From positions 1 through 64,000 of IMG/VR virus record IMGVR_UViG_3300012971_000002: a DNA stretch of 64,000 nucleotides; one strand, written 5' to 3'. Source of the DNA: a virus. Below, one piece after another: positions 18,964 through 27,801 of the stretch; the stretch's first letter is position 1; every line of letters begins with the position of its first letter. Under the pieces are notes generated by a model, which ran no database searches, was not told the DNA's origin, and saw nothing but the letters and a program-made list of their open reading frames with translations. The translations under genes and the position numbers were made by a program.

Positions 18964-19632
18964 ATGGCAACCCGCGCCCATTCATTCACTGAATGCGCCC
19001 TAGCTGAACATCGAACTGAATCACTCCGCGGACTGTTCCATGTGGAACGTCACCCAGTCTACTTTGATCGTTCCATCCAAAGCCGTGCAAAGGGACAAGC
19101 CGATACATCTACGAATGTAGGAGCCGGTTACGGAGCTACAGCCGGACAGATCGGATCTTCGATTATCCCCGGACTCGAGCGGCAAGCACAAGGTGGCGTA
19201 GGACTCACTCCCACACAGAAGAACAATGCACTCGTGGCTGGTGCGGAAGCGGTAGGCGGTGCCGGAGCCGGTACACGCGGCGCGGCCACGCTCGAAGCGA
19301 TGCGAACACGGAATCCGGGTGGCTTCAGTGCGGCGCTCGATGAAGCGGCACGGCAACGCGGCCGTCAGACTTCAGCCAACGCGCTGGGTGTGGAGAATCT
19401 GGACACACAGATTGCGAACCAGAAACAGCGGGAAGCGCAACAGATGCTTGCCGGTCTCTACGGCACGGATACATCGCGCCAGTTGCAAGCGATGGGCTTG
19501 GCGAATGAAGATCTCAACACCGCGCTGAATGCCGGAAAAACAGGTTGGTTGCAGAACACCGAAGGTGTGCTGGACACGATCAGCGGTATGGGTAGTTCCG
19601 CGGCGGGTGTAAAGAAAGCGTTCTTCCCATAA
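18964..19632 (+). CDS. hypothetical internal-virion-type protein (Gly/Ala/Gln-rich)
   Basis: 222-aa ORF preceding two large coiled-coil/ejection-type proteins. Confidence 0.55.
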   Translation: MATRAHSFTECALAEHRTESLRGLFHVERHPVYFDRSIQSRAKGQADTSTNVGAGYGATAGQIGSSIIPGLERQAQGGVGLTPTQKNNALVAGAEAVGGAGAGTRGAATLEAMRTRNPGGFSAALDEAARQRGRQTSANALGVENLDTQIANQKQREAQQMLAGLYGTDTSRQLQAMGLANEDLNTALNAGKTGWLQNTEGVLDTISGMGSSAAGVKKAFFP

Positions 19633-19636
19633 GACG

Positions 19637-21229
19637 ATGGCACCGACACTTGAAGAAATTATGAAGTTGCCGGACACGGTAAGTGATGACCACCTTGCCG
19701 CGCTGGGAATTTTGAAGAAGCCCGCACAACCGGCACCGCCTACGCCAATCAAACCGATGGCACCGGCCAGCGCTCGCGATATAGATCTGGCGGTGACCGG
19801 CGCACATGTTGGTCATCCCACGAATATCTCAGAACACAACAAAGAAATTTTGATGAGCGGCGCGGATCCCGGTCTCACGCCAACGGTTGGCGACAAAGGC
19901 GTGCTCACGGCGCTCGCACCGCAACCGCCGAATCTTTCGTTCAAGGAAAAGATGGCATTGCCACAAATGTCCGCGGCCGTGCCGATGGGATCTTCGAACT
20001 ACTACGAAGGCCAGCTACAGCGGGAAGCACTTGCAAAAGAGAATCCATGGGGAAGCGCGGAGAATCATCCGGGCGTACTGGGCAAGATCGGGCATGTGCT
20101 CGGACGTGTCGGCAACATCGCATTCACCGCGGCCGCGCCGGGATTGGCTACGCTCACAGAAGGTACAGATCTCAACAAACTGGCCGTAGCTTCACAGAAC
20201 CGGGAAGCGCTCGAGCGAGCCAAAACTCAGGAACTCGCGGAAGAATCCGAAAAGACACGCGCCAAGCATGAAGAGAACGTTTCGAATATCAACCAAGAAA
20301 AATTGGAAGAAACCGAACGCACCAACCGCGCCAAAGATGAAGTAAATCTCGCGAACCATGGCTTGAAGCGTGATGCGGAAGGGAACATTGTCGCGGATAC
20401 AGAATCGCCGGTCTATCAACAGAATCAGGAGAAGATGAAGAACGCGGCCGCGCTTCGCGACAGCGCCGTTGCCTTGCGGAAGTCCCAAGAGAATTTGAAC
20501 GTGGCGAAGGAAGAGTTCGAGAAGTCCAAGAACGATCCCAATTCGCCACAATATCAGCTTGCGCTGAAGAAACTGGCCGCGGCGAATCTGGCGCATGAAG
20601 TTGCCCAGAAGAATCTCGAATTGCACGAACGCGAGTACGAAAACAAAATAAAGGAACAGGAATTTGTTAAGCCTAGCGGTCAGAGTCAGAGCCGTGGTAG
20701 CGCCGCGCAAGCGGTTCTTGATTTGATCCCAGATCTAAAGAATTTGGTCAACGAACACCGTGCGGACATGGGACCAATTATGGGACGAATCAACCGCGGC
20801 GAACTCGAGATCGGAAACGTGGATCCGGAAATTGCGAAGCTGTATTCCGCGATGAAGTCTTTCTATGCGTTGCAACCGGCCGTGCATGGATTCAAAAACG
20901 CGGAGTTCGTCAAAGACTTCGAGCACGCGCTGGGTACACTCGAGCGGAATCCGGATGCGTTCATCTCCGGTATGGAAGGCTTGAGACCAACACTCGAATC
21001 TGTGGCCAAGGAAGGCAAGACGTTCCACCGGAGAATTGTGGAAGGCCAGCCGACTACTCCGGCCGGTGGCGCTACTCCACCCGCTGGGGGGGGACAACCG
21101 CCACAAGGAAAGTCTTGGGTTTACGATACAAAGGGTGACCGGCACGCGGTCTTCACGAACAAGCTTGATGACTTCCTGAAGGATCCCCAGTATAAGGGCT
21201 GGACCAAGAATGCCCCCACAGTCCACTAG
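19637..21229 (+). CDS. internal-virion-type coiled-coil protein
   Basis: 530 aa; long Lys/Glu/Asn/Ala heptad-like central region; position typical of ejection or core proteins. Confidence 0.6.
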   Translation: MAPTLEEIMKLPDTVSDDHLAALGILKKPAQPAPPTPIKPMAPASARDIDLAVTGAHVGHPTNISEHNKEILMSGADPGLTPTVGDKGVLTALAPQPPNLSFKEKMALPQMSAAVPMGSSNYYEGQLQREALAKENPWGSAENHPGVLGKIGHVLGRVGNIAFTAAAPGLATLTEGTDLNKLAVASQNREALERAKTQELAEESEKTRAKHEENVSNINQEKLEETERTNRAKDEVNLANHGLKRDAEGNIVADTESPVYQQNQEKMKNAAALRDSAVALRKSQENLNVAKEEFEKSKNDPNSPQYQLALKKLAAANLAHEVAQKNLELHEREYENKIKEQEFVKPSGQSQSRGSAAQAVLDLIPDLKNLVNEHRADMGPIMGRINRGELEIGNVDPEIAKLYSAMKSFYALQPAVHGFKNAEFVKDFEHALGTLERNPDAFISGMEGLRPTLESVAKEGKTFHRRIVEGQPTTPAGGATPPAGGGQPPQGKSWVYDTKGDRHAVFTNKLDDFLKDPQYKGWTKNAPTVH

Positions 21230-24017
21230 TGATGATTACGGTCTCGAGAAAGCGCCCATCCCGGCCGTTCTCGATGATAAGTATGGGCTAGAAAAGTCCA
21301 CCGCTACAGCCGCGCCACCCAAGACACAGGCAGAGAAGAACGCCGAAGCACTGAAGACCGTTGGCCGCGTCACGGAGTTCGAAAAGAATCCGGAAGCCCA
21401 ACAGCCCAGCATCTTCCAGACGGCGAAACGAGTTCACGAAGCCGGACAACAGGAAGCGGAAAAATATCTACCGGAATCACTGAAACAGCCTTATCGGGAA
21501 TCACAGGATCTCACGCATCTCGCGATGGGACCGCTCGGAATGGTCTCACCGTATATTCACACCGGACTGGGTAAAGCGGGTGACGTCGCGGCTGAAGAAG
21601 CGGAACGGCAAAAGACTTTGCAGCAACAGGCCGCGGCTCAAGGCAAGCCGATAGATCCGCGTGCTTTCACTGGTGTCGGCGCACTTGGCGCACTCGCTGA
21701 TACCGCACATCTGGGATCTGAGATGTTCACGCCGAAAGGTATCGCCACCACGGCCGGTGCGGTGCTTGCCAATACGAATCCGGTGACCGCTGTTCCAGTA
21801 GATCTTGCTTTCATGGCTCACGGCGCTAAAGGTTTGAGCGAAGCGGCTCCCGAAGCTTTGAAGGGAGATCCGCAAGCGATTCAGAACGCTTTGCTGTCCA
21901 CTTCGGAAATGACCGGAGCCGCGGCCGGACTTCCTGAGAACGTACCGAAGTTTATCCCGGCAGCGAAAACAGCCATCGCCAAAGTTGGCGAACCGTTCCA
22001 CATCGGGATGACCGGCGAAGAACTCCTGAAGAAAGGCGTCTCGCCACGCGCACAAGCCACCGGCTGGGATGAAGCGGTAGCGCGTCCGGGTGTTCAGCGT
22101 GCGCTCGTGGAGCACAACAAAGCCACGCCGATCAACAGCGCCGCGGATCTCGATGAAGCCATCCCGGTGATGAAAGACAAGATCTGGACAGAGAAAGTTG
22201 AACCGGCACTCGAGCGGCAAGGCCAGCGGCCGGTAGACATGAAGCCGGTAGCGGATGCCATCCGTTCGGAAAAAGTAATATCGAAAGAGATGCAACGCTT
22301 TGAACCAGAAGAAGCCGCGAAGCTTAACAAGTTGGCCGATGATCTGAGTCACGCCGAAACCGTGGAAAGCGCAAATGGTCTCTTGAAGTATGTGAACGGA
22401 AAACTCGAAACCTACTTCCAGAAGTATCCCAGCGCACGCCGCGCCAACTTGATGAACAACCCGGAAACAGCCGGATGGGAAGCAGCACGCCAAACCATTC
22501 GTCAGCAATTTCTGAAGACGCTCGAAGATGCCGGGGAAACTCAGGTGCGCGATGCGCGTGGCGATTACGGTGCGCTCGAGACGATGGGCAAAGAAGTGGA
22601 GCGCCGCGTCAATGTGGCCGAACGTCAGAAGCCATGGAGTCTACCGCGGATCTTGGGTGTGACCGGTGCATTGCCTACGGCTGGGACAAGTCTTGCGCTG
22701 GGCGAACTGATTCATCACTTAAACAAGCCGGATGTGCTTATCCGTCGCGGTGTCGGACGGCTTGAGCCACCACCGGAAGCGCCGTTCACGGCACCGCCGA
22801 AGTTCACACCGGCCGCGCCACCGCCACCGGCCGCAACCCAGATCCCGATGAATCTCCCACCGGAGAACGCACCGCTGTTCAACATTCAGCAAACGCCGCG
22901 GCTCCGGCCGGACATGGAAGCGCCGCGGCTTGGTCCGATCACCGGCGAACAGACTCCGCTTCACCTTCCGGAATCGCCGGAGCAAGCGCCACTCTTCAGT
23001 ATTCCGCAAACTCGCGGCAACGTACCCGAGACGCCGAAGATCGGTGGAGAAGGTTTGAAGCTTGGTCCACCGCACAACGTGGAAGCGGAAACGGCCGGAC
23101 TTCCGAAGGTAAAGACCGGCGAAGGCACCGTCACCCGCGGCACAACAGCGAATTTCCAACCGGCGAAAGGCGCGGGCAGACAAGCCACCACGGCCGAAAC
23201 CGCGGAACTTCCCAATCTTCCTAATCCGAAGCCCGCGGATCTCAAGCCGGGAGAAACCGTTCAGGACCGCTTCTTCGATGAGAAGACGAAGCAATGGGCA
23301 CCAGAGCGGCAAGCGAACCACGCGGCTTATGTAGAACACAACCTGAAGGGCAAGGTAGCTCCTACGGATCGGCCACCGGAAGCCACGATCACGATTGGCG
23401 GCACCGGCGCTGGCAAGAGTACGTTCACGCGGAAATATCTCGATGAGAATCCGAACGCCGTGAACGTGGATCCGGATCGAGCGAAGCTATCGGTGCCGGA
23501 ATACGAAGGCTTGAAGAAGACAGATCCGGCGAAGGCGGCGTTCCGAGTACACGAAGAAGCTTCGTCCATGTCCAAGCAACTCCTGAAAGCGGCCGCGGAA
23601 AAGAAGATGGACTTCTTGTATGACACCACTACCGGTGGAAGTGATGCCGCGCTTTACCAGCGCTTAAAGGATGCCGGATACCACGTCCGGATCGTCTATG
23701 TGGATCTCCCGGTGGAAGAAGCCATCAATCGAGCGAAGCTTCGTGCGGAATCAAGTCCAGATCCGGCGAGCCGCGGCCGTGTCGTACCGGAAAACATCAT
23801 CCGGCAGAAACATCAAGAAGCGGCGAATACCTTTATGAAGTTCAAGAACGATCCATCCGTGGATGAGATCCAAGCCTACGATAACAGCGGCAAGAATCTG
23901 GAACCGTTCTATAATCGGAAAGGCACCACGGAAAAGACGTACAACCCGGAAACATTCGAACGTGTTCGCGCCAAGGCAGGAGCCAATGAACCCAAGCCAG
24001 CCGGAAAAGTCCACTAA
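21210..24017 (+). CDS. large virion-module protein with C-terminal zeta-toxin-like P-loop kinase domain
   Basis: 935 aa. C-terminal ITIGGTGAGKSTF...NVDPDRAKLSVPEYEGL...FLYDTTTGG...GYHVRIVYVDLPVEEAI...R...IQAYDNSGK parallels the zeta/PezT layout. Pro-rich linker upstream. Confidence 0.7.
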   Translation: MPPQSTSDDYGLEKAPIPAVLDDKYGLEKSTATAAPPKTQAEKNAEALKTVGRVTEFEKNPEAQQPSIFQTAKRVHEAGQQEAEKYLPESLKQPYRESQDLTHLAMGPLGMVSPYIHTGLGKAGDVAAEEAERQKTLQQQAAAQGKPIDPRAFTGVGALGALADTAHLGSEMFTPKGIATTAGAVLANTNPVTAVPVDLAFMAHGAKGLSEAAPEALKGDPQAIQNALLSTSEMTGAAAGLPENVPKFIPAAKTAIAKVGEPFHIGMTGEELLKKGVSPRAQATGWDEAVARPGVQRALVEHNKATPINSAADLDEAIPVMKDKIWTEKVEPALERQGQRPVDMKPVADAIRSEKVISKEMQRFEPEEAAKLNKLADDLSHAETVESANGLLKYVNGKLETYFQKYPSARRANLMNNPETAGWEAARQTIRQQFLKTLEDAGETQVRDARGDYGALETMGKEVERRVNVAERQKPWSLPRILGVTGALPTAGTSLALGELIHHLNKPDVLIRRGVGRLEPPPEAPFTAPPKFTPAAPPPPAATQIPMNLPPENAPLFNIQQTPRLRPDMEAPRLGPITGEQTPLHLPESPEQAPLFSIPQTRGNVPETPKIGGEGLKLGPPHNVEAETAGLPKVKTGEGTVTRGTTANFQPAKGAGRQATTAETAELPNLPNPKPADLKPGETVQDRFFDEKTKQWAPERQANHAAYVEHNLKGKVAPTDRPPEATITIGGTGAGKSTFTRKYLDENPNAVNVDPDRAKLSVPEYEGLKKTDPAKAAFRVHEEASSMSKQLLKAAAEKKMDFLYDTTTGGSDAALYQRLKDAGYHVRIVYVDLPVEEAINRAKLRAESSPDPASRGRVVPENIIRQKHQEAANTFMKFKNDPSVDEIQAYDNSGKNLEPFYNRKGTTEKTYNPETFERVRAKAGANEPKPAGKVH

Positions 24018-24100
24018 GAAGATGGATCCGGCCTTGAAAGAAGGCCACTACATTGACGAACAGTTGCCGGTGAACTGGACCGATGAAGATCTCGCCGGAA

Positions 24101-24583
24101 TTAAGTCCAATCACCAGAAATCACAACCGGCCGAGAAAAATCAGGATGAGCCGAAAGATAACCGATAACGTCCCACATATTTGACCAATCCATACTCGGA
24201 CTGAAGTGAACCAGCGCACCTTCGAATTTGTCCGCATTTGCTTTGTTCGGCCGGTCATCAATCAAGACGTCACCTTTCAAGATGCTCTTGTCACCAACCA
24301 TGACGATCTTTTCTTTTAGCTCCGGCAACCATCGCAGGATCCACAGAACTTTATCAGAGTAAGCATGAGCCACACCGGTTGGCGGTTTGGTGGCAATCCA
24401 CACATCATGGCCAAGTTCGATCAACCGATAAACTCCGGCGATGGCTCCGCGGATCGGCTCCATCTTTGCATACGCGCCTTCGATCTCCTGAAGCTGTTCG
24501 CCTGTGACTCGCCAGAGATCTTTTAAGGCATCGAAGTCAGCGAGTACACCGTCCATGTCAACGTAGATCCGCATCGTTTTCAC
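24101..24583 (-). CDS. 5'(3')-deoxyribonucleotidase (HAD superfamily, NT5C-like)
   Basis: 160 aa, GTG start; DMDGVLADF HAD motif I, ATKPP, VMVGDK...LIDD. Confidence 0.8.
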   Translation of the reverse strand: MKTMRIYVDMDGVLADFDALKDLWRVTGEQLQEIEGAYAKMEPIRGAIAGVYRLIELGHDVWIATKPPTGVAHAYSDKVLWILRWLPELKEKIVMVGDKSILKGDVLIDDRPNKANADKFEGALVHFSPSMDWSNMWDVIGYLSAHPDFSRPVVISGDWT

Positions 24584-24586
24584 CTT

Positions 24587-24760
24587 TTATTCCTGTGTGA
24601 AGTATGTGACGTTCGCCAGAGATAATGTCACAAGCTTTTTCTCTGTACGAAGAACCACTGTTCCGTTATCTGGCACCACGATCTCTAAGACTTCAGAGAA
24701 CACGGTATCCTGTTCTGGGTTTGTGAAGTGAACCACCACTTTTTTGTAGAAAGTATCCAT
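24587..24760 (-). CDS. small hypothetical protein (57 aa, below track cutoff)
   Basis: Hand-translated MDTFYKKVVVHFTNPEQDTVFSEVLEIVVPDNGTVVLRTEKKLVTLSLANVTYFTQE; AAGGAGAAAAAATG RBS; stop 3 nt before nucleotidase start. Confidence 0.45.
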   Translation of the reverse strand: MDTFYKKVVVHFTNPEQDTVFSEVLEIVVPDNGTVVLRTEKKLVTLSLANVTYFTQE

Positions 24761-24786
24761 TTTTTCTCCTTCTTTTCTTGAAACCC

Positions 24787-24815
24787 ATTATCGCGTATTA
24801 AACACCTGTGTTGAA
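24787..24815 (-). promoter_or_regulatory. candidate sigma70-like promoter for 24760<-24101 genes
   Basis: Minus strand TTCAAC-N17-GATAAT, then a leader with SD; abuts the AGTACTTCCGTACT element. Confidence 0.4.
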
Positions 24816-24829
24816 TAGTACGGAAGTAC
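24814..24829. promoter_or_regulatory. operator-like 16-mer AATAGTACGGAAGTAC (copy 1 of 2)
   Basis: Identical 16-mer at 55571-55586; 21 of 22 nt identical with flanks; both in promoter regions. Confidence 0.45.
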
Positions 24830-24835
24830 TTATTT

Positions 24836-25045
24836 TCAGCCAACTTCTTGCGGTTCGTAAGCGCCGGGAAGGATCCGGATAGGCTCTAAACCCTTGGCTA
24901 TTCGCTTGGGATTGGCCCACAGCACGCAAGCTTTGCAAATTGGCTCTTTGATACCATTCACCCGCACAGAAGGCACCAGATCGGGGTTAAAGCTGAATAA
25001 TTGCTTACAGTGGACGCACGGTGCGGTTGCCAGCATGTATCCCAT
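24836..25045 (-). CDS. small zinc-ribbon-like hypothetical protein
   Basis: 69 aa; CVHC...CKAC; TAATG overlap with upstream gene. Confidence 0.55.
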   Translation of the reverse strand: MGYMLATAPCVHCKQLFSFNPDLVPSVRVNGIKEPICKACVLWANPKRIAKGLEPIRILPGAYEPQEVG

Positions 25046-25818
25046 TAGTTTGCCCCTTTCTCGAGTAGATCCTTCACTTCGGCCGGAAGGCTTTCCTCTT
25101 TACCGGCCCAGCTTCCCTGTCCCCAGTAGAAGCCAGCGGCTTTGAGCGCGTTGAGAATGCTCCGATCCGGCTTCTCCGCGAAGGTAATCCGGCAGTAGCC
25201 ACTCTGGCATTTGGTGAACGTTACGCCGTTCGGAGCGGCTTCCGCGGCTTCCCGGCGAGTGTTCTGCATCTTCACCTGTTCGAGCCGCTTTTTGTCGCCG
25301 GAGATCCGCTGTCCCAAGTTCGATAGTTCATAAGGCAGGTGCGGAGCCTTGCCCCAGTAGCCACCAGCCGCGGCCAGCTTCTCTTTCAGCTTTTCGAGAT
25401 CAATTCCCAGCGCCGCAAGACCGGCCGCGTCTTGCTTCTTGTAGAGTTTATTTACCAGCTTCATCCGCTCGCGCTTGGCTTCGTTCTCCGCGATGCGTGC
25501 TTCCAACGCTTCCACCGCGTTGCTGTCATCCGAGAAGATGGAATTTTCTAGCTGATTCTCGATTCCACCAGCTTTCGCTTCGTGGTGTTCTGCAAGGTGG
25601 GCGAACTCAACACCTTTGTCCAAGTGGCCAGCGGCGCGGCCGCGGTAGTTCCTATCTCGCTTCTCGCTGTGATGGCCCACAAGGATCGGCTGTCCCATCG
25701 GGATCACGCTGAACATATCGTGGCCAGTCTTGAAGTGTCGTTCGGACTTCACTTCGGCTTTATCGGCCCACTCTCTACGCTTTTCCAGTTTCCGCTCGAG
25801 ACGTTCTCTCCGTGTCAT
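25045..25818 (-). CDS. DUF3560-like protein
   Basis: 257 aa; GQPILVGHHSEKRDR core and Arg/Glu/Lys-rich helices typical of DUF3560 as remembered. Confidence 0.65.
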   Translation of the reverse strand: MTRRERLERKLEKRREWADKAEVKSERHFKTGHDMFSVIPMGQPILVGHHSEKRDRNYRGRAAGHLDKGVEFAHLAEHHEAKAGGIENQLENSIFSDDSNAVEALEARIAENEAKRERMKLVNKLYKKQDAAGLAALGIDLEKLKEKLAAAGGYWGKAPHLPYELSNLGQRISGDKKRLEQVKMQNTRREAAEAAPNGVTFTKCQSGYCRITFAEKPDRSILNALKAAGFYWGQGSWAGKEESLPAEVKDLLEKGAN

Positions 25819-25820
25819 GT

Positions 25821-26078
25821 TTATGCTCCTAAGATTCGATCAGCGGCCCAGTTTTCAAAGCGAAGCGCGGGCTGGCCGTTCAGTTCTCCGCGCATTGCCC
25901 AAGTGAAGTTCGTGGCGTTGCGGTAAGGATCCAAATCCGGAAAGTCTTTCTTGGCTTCGGCTAGATCCGGGTATTCGTGGACATCCCAGCTATTTTCGTT
26001 TTTGATGACGATCTGGACTGGGATTGCGTTGATGTCTACTGAATCGAGCCAAGTGGGGTAGTGCTTGGGTTTGTCCAT
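25821..26078 (-). CDS. hypothetical protein
   Basis: 85-aa ORF, 2-nt spacing to flanking genes. Confidence 0.55.
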   Translation of the reverse strand: MDKPKHYPTWLDSVDINAIPVQIVIKNENSWDVHEYPDLAEAKKDFPDLDPYRNATNFTWAMRGELNGQPALRFENWAADRILGA

Positions 26079-26079
26079 T

Positions 26080-26289
26080 TTATGCTTTCTCCTGAAGTGC
26101 TTTTTCCCATGTCTCGCGGTGCGCCCAGCGTTTCATGTACTCTTTGCCGGGAACAGCGCAACGAAGCCAAACGATGCTTTTTCCTTCTTGGATCGGCGTG
26201 GCGAAGTAGGGGACGGTGTGGCCGTTATATCCGTCCGGCAGGTTGATGATTCTGTCTTGGGGATTCTTGGCTTTTTGTTGGTGTCTCAT
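26080..26289 (-). CDS. hypothetical protein, predicted leaderless
   Basis: 69-aa ORF; ATG lies 5 nt after the -10 of the promoter cassette at 26295-26336. Confidence 0.55.
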   Translation of the reverse strand: MRHQQKAKNPQDRIINLPDGYNGHTVPYFATPIQEGKSIVWLRCAVPGKEYMKRWAHRETWEKALQEKA

Positions 26290-26294
26290 GTTGT

Positions 26295-26336
26295 AGATTA
26301 CGCCTTAACCGGTACGTTGTCAACCTATTTGTTTAA
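26295..26336 (-). promoter_or_regulatory. promoter cassette P4: TTAAACA-N6-TTGACA-N17-TAATCT-N5-ATG
   Basis: Read on minus strand; TAA stop of upstream gene is embedded in TTAAACA; one of four aligned copies. Confidence 0.6.
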
Positions 26337-26701
26337 CTTTCTTTTGGGGTGAAGTCGCTCCGGACGGTGGCCAGTTGGGATCCCAGATCCAAGATGTAGA
26401 TCTCCGCGACACCGTTGGAATAGTGTCCACGGATGCCGTAGAAGCCCCATGGCGCGAGATCCGGGCTGGTGGCTACATGGGAGACTTTGGGGATCTTGTA
26501 GTCCCTGATAGCGGTCTCTATGGCCATTGCTTCAGCAATCCCCATCTCTAGGCCATGGTTGGGGACTTCTTGCCATTCCAAGTTCTCGATGGCTTTCACT
26601 ACCATGTCGCGGGATGTGATGACTCCCGGCCATTCGGCCGGATCTACCGGCTTGCCGATGAACTCTTCGCCGGTCTTGGTCCAGTTCTGTTGGGTGGCCA
26701 T
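26333..26701 (-). CDS. hypothetical protein
   Basis: 122 aa from internal ATG (MATQQNW...) that forms a TAATG overlap with the upstream gene; longer track ORF start rejected. Confidence 0.55.
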   Translation of the reverse strand: MATQQNWTKTGEEFIGKPVDPAEWPGVITSRDMVVKAIENLEWQEVPNHGLEMGIAEAMAIETAIRDYKIPKVSHVATSPDLAPWGFYGIRGHYSNGVAEIYILDLGSQLATVRSDFTPKES

Positions 26702-26907
26702 TACCGCACCGCCTTCACGAAGTTGCGTAGCGTGGCCACACCGGCTGTCCCATACTGTCCACCCATGTTCAATACCCAACCAGCCGGACCGCGCATGATG
26801 GCTCTGCCAGTCTTCTCTTTCCACTCCTGTCCATTCCGGCCGAAGCCATTGGGAACTAGGATCGTTACTTTGTCACCGTGCTTGATCTGATCGAATTGGA
26901 TCTGCAT
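26701..26907 (-). CDS. hypothetical protein
   Basis: 68 aa from ATG 26907 preceded by AGGAAGGGGAAAAGA. Confidence 0.5.
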   Translation of the reverse strand: MQIQFDQIKHGDKVTILVPNGFGRNGQEWKEKTGRAIMRGPAGWVLNMGGQYGTAGVATLRNFVKAVR

Positions 26908-27061
26908 TCTTTTCCCCTTCCTCATTGAATTTGATTCCGTGCTTTTTCAAGATCTCCCGCGCTTCGGCTTTGGTCATGCCACCCATGATTCGAGCGCCAA
27001 TGTCGGAAAGCTTCAGCGTGTCTTTAGCGATGCGGATCTGGTGTTTAGCGAAGATGTCCAT
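26873..27061 (-). CDS. hypothetical protein
   Basis: 62-aa ORF with GGAGAAAAC RBS. Confidence 0.5.
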   Translation of the reverse strand: MDIFAKHQIRIAKDTLKLSDIGARIMGGMTKAEAREILKKHGIKFNEEGEKNADPIRSDQAR

Positions 27062-27069
27062 GTTTTCTC

Positions 27070-27348
27070 CTACAAGAGCCGATAGTGTGCTGCTACTTCA
27101 CCGCGTTCGTCGCGGATGATGACTTCCGTGTATCCGTTCCCAGCCGGTGAGATCCCTTCGATCAAGCCACCTTTGATCCAGTCCATTCGGGAGACTTTGC
27201 CATCCGGCTTTAGCATGTCGAAACCATAGGATCTGTGCTCTTTGACCGTGCGCGGTTGCGGTTCCTTCATTGGTACATAGCATCCGATGAGTTCCAGTTG
27301 ACGGCCGATGTAGAAGAGAGTTTTCAGTTCGTTTCGTGTGAGTTCCAT
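27070..27348 (-). CDS. hypothetical protein
   Basis: 92 aa from ATG 27348 preceded by AGGAGAAAAACA. Confidence 0.5.
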   Translation of the reverse strand: MELTRNELKTLFYIGRQLELIGCYVPMKEPQPRTVKEHRSYGFDMLKPDGKVSRMDWIKGGLIEGISPAGNGYTEVIIRDERGEVAAHYRLL

Positions 27349-27358
27349 TGTTTTTCTC

Positions 27359-27796
27359 CTAGTCAATTCGGCTTTGCGCGTAGATTTTGATTCCCATGAT
27401 CTCGTGGACTACTTTGGCGAAACCGTGCGCCCATGCTTCGTTGCGCGTCATGGACTGTGTTCTCAGTGGGGACCAGATGTGGACACCGCCACCGTACCAG
27501 CTTCCCTTGCGTCCACCGCTTCGGCCGCGGCCGGTTTTTACCAGCCACTTGGCGAAGGCACAGTTGCCGGGATGAACTTCCACCCAGCCGAACCCGCAAA
27601 CGCCGTCCGCGACGTACCATTGTTTTTCGATGGGGGAATTATCATCGGCCATGTTCTGGTGCTGGGAGACAACCATCGGAACACAGACCGCTTCGCGTGC
27701 TGCCTTATTGCCCGCTTCCATGGCAGCGTTGAAGATGTCTAAATAGAGCGCTTCTTTCTTTTCTTGCTTGGTTTGGTATTTCGGTTGGTGTGTCAT
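27359..27796 (-). CDS. hypothetical protein, predicted leaderless
   Basis: 145 aa; conserved-looking core DGVCGFGWVEVHPGNCAFAKWL...QSMTRNEAWAHGFAKV; ATG 5 nt after the -10 of cassette P3. Confidence 0.6.
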   Translation of the reverse strand: MTHQPKYQTKQEKKEALYLDIFNAAMEAGNKAAREAVCVPMVVSQHQNMADDNSPIEKQWYVADGVCGFGWVEVHPGNCAFAKWLVKTGRGRSGGRKGSWYGGGVHIWSPLRTQSMTRNEAWAHGFAKVVHEIMGIKIYAQSRID

Positions 27797-27801
27797 GTTC
27801 T

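Noticed and set aside
22860-23010. Duplicated APLF(N/S)I motif (ENAPLFNIQQT, EQAPLFSIPQT) resembling the Q-x-x-L-F beta-clamp binding pentapeptide
   Set aside because: The match is too short and only one copy has the Gln. The repeat is noted inside the zeta-domain finding, but no clamp-binding claim is made.
24022-24168. 48-aa + strand ORF after the zeta-domain gene (part of track ORF 23863-24168)
   Set aside because: It overlaps the 3' end of the convergent nucleotidase gene by 68 nt. It has no clear RBS and a biased Lys/Glu/Pro composition. There is insufficient support.
24797-24815. Plus-strand copy of the cassette upstream half (TTAAACA-CCTGTG-TTGAAT), as if a rightward promoter
   Set aside because: No acceptable -10 follows (TTTCAG at 17 nt), and all downstream genes are on the minus strand. 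It is more likely part of the operator/dyad context of the minus-strand promoter than a fifth cassette. An antisense RNA promoter cannot be excluded.
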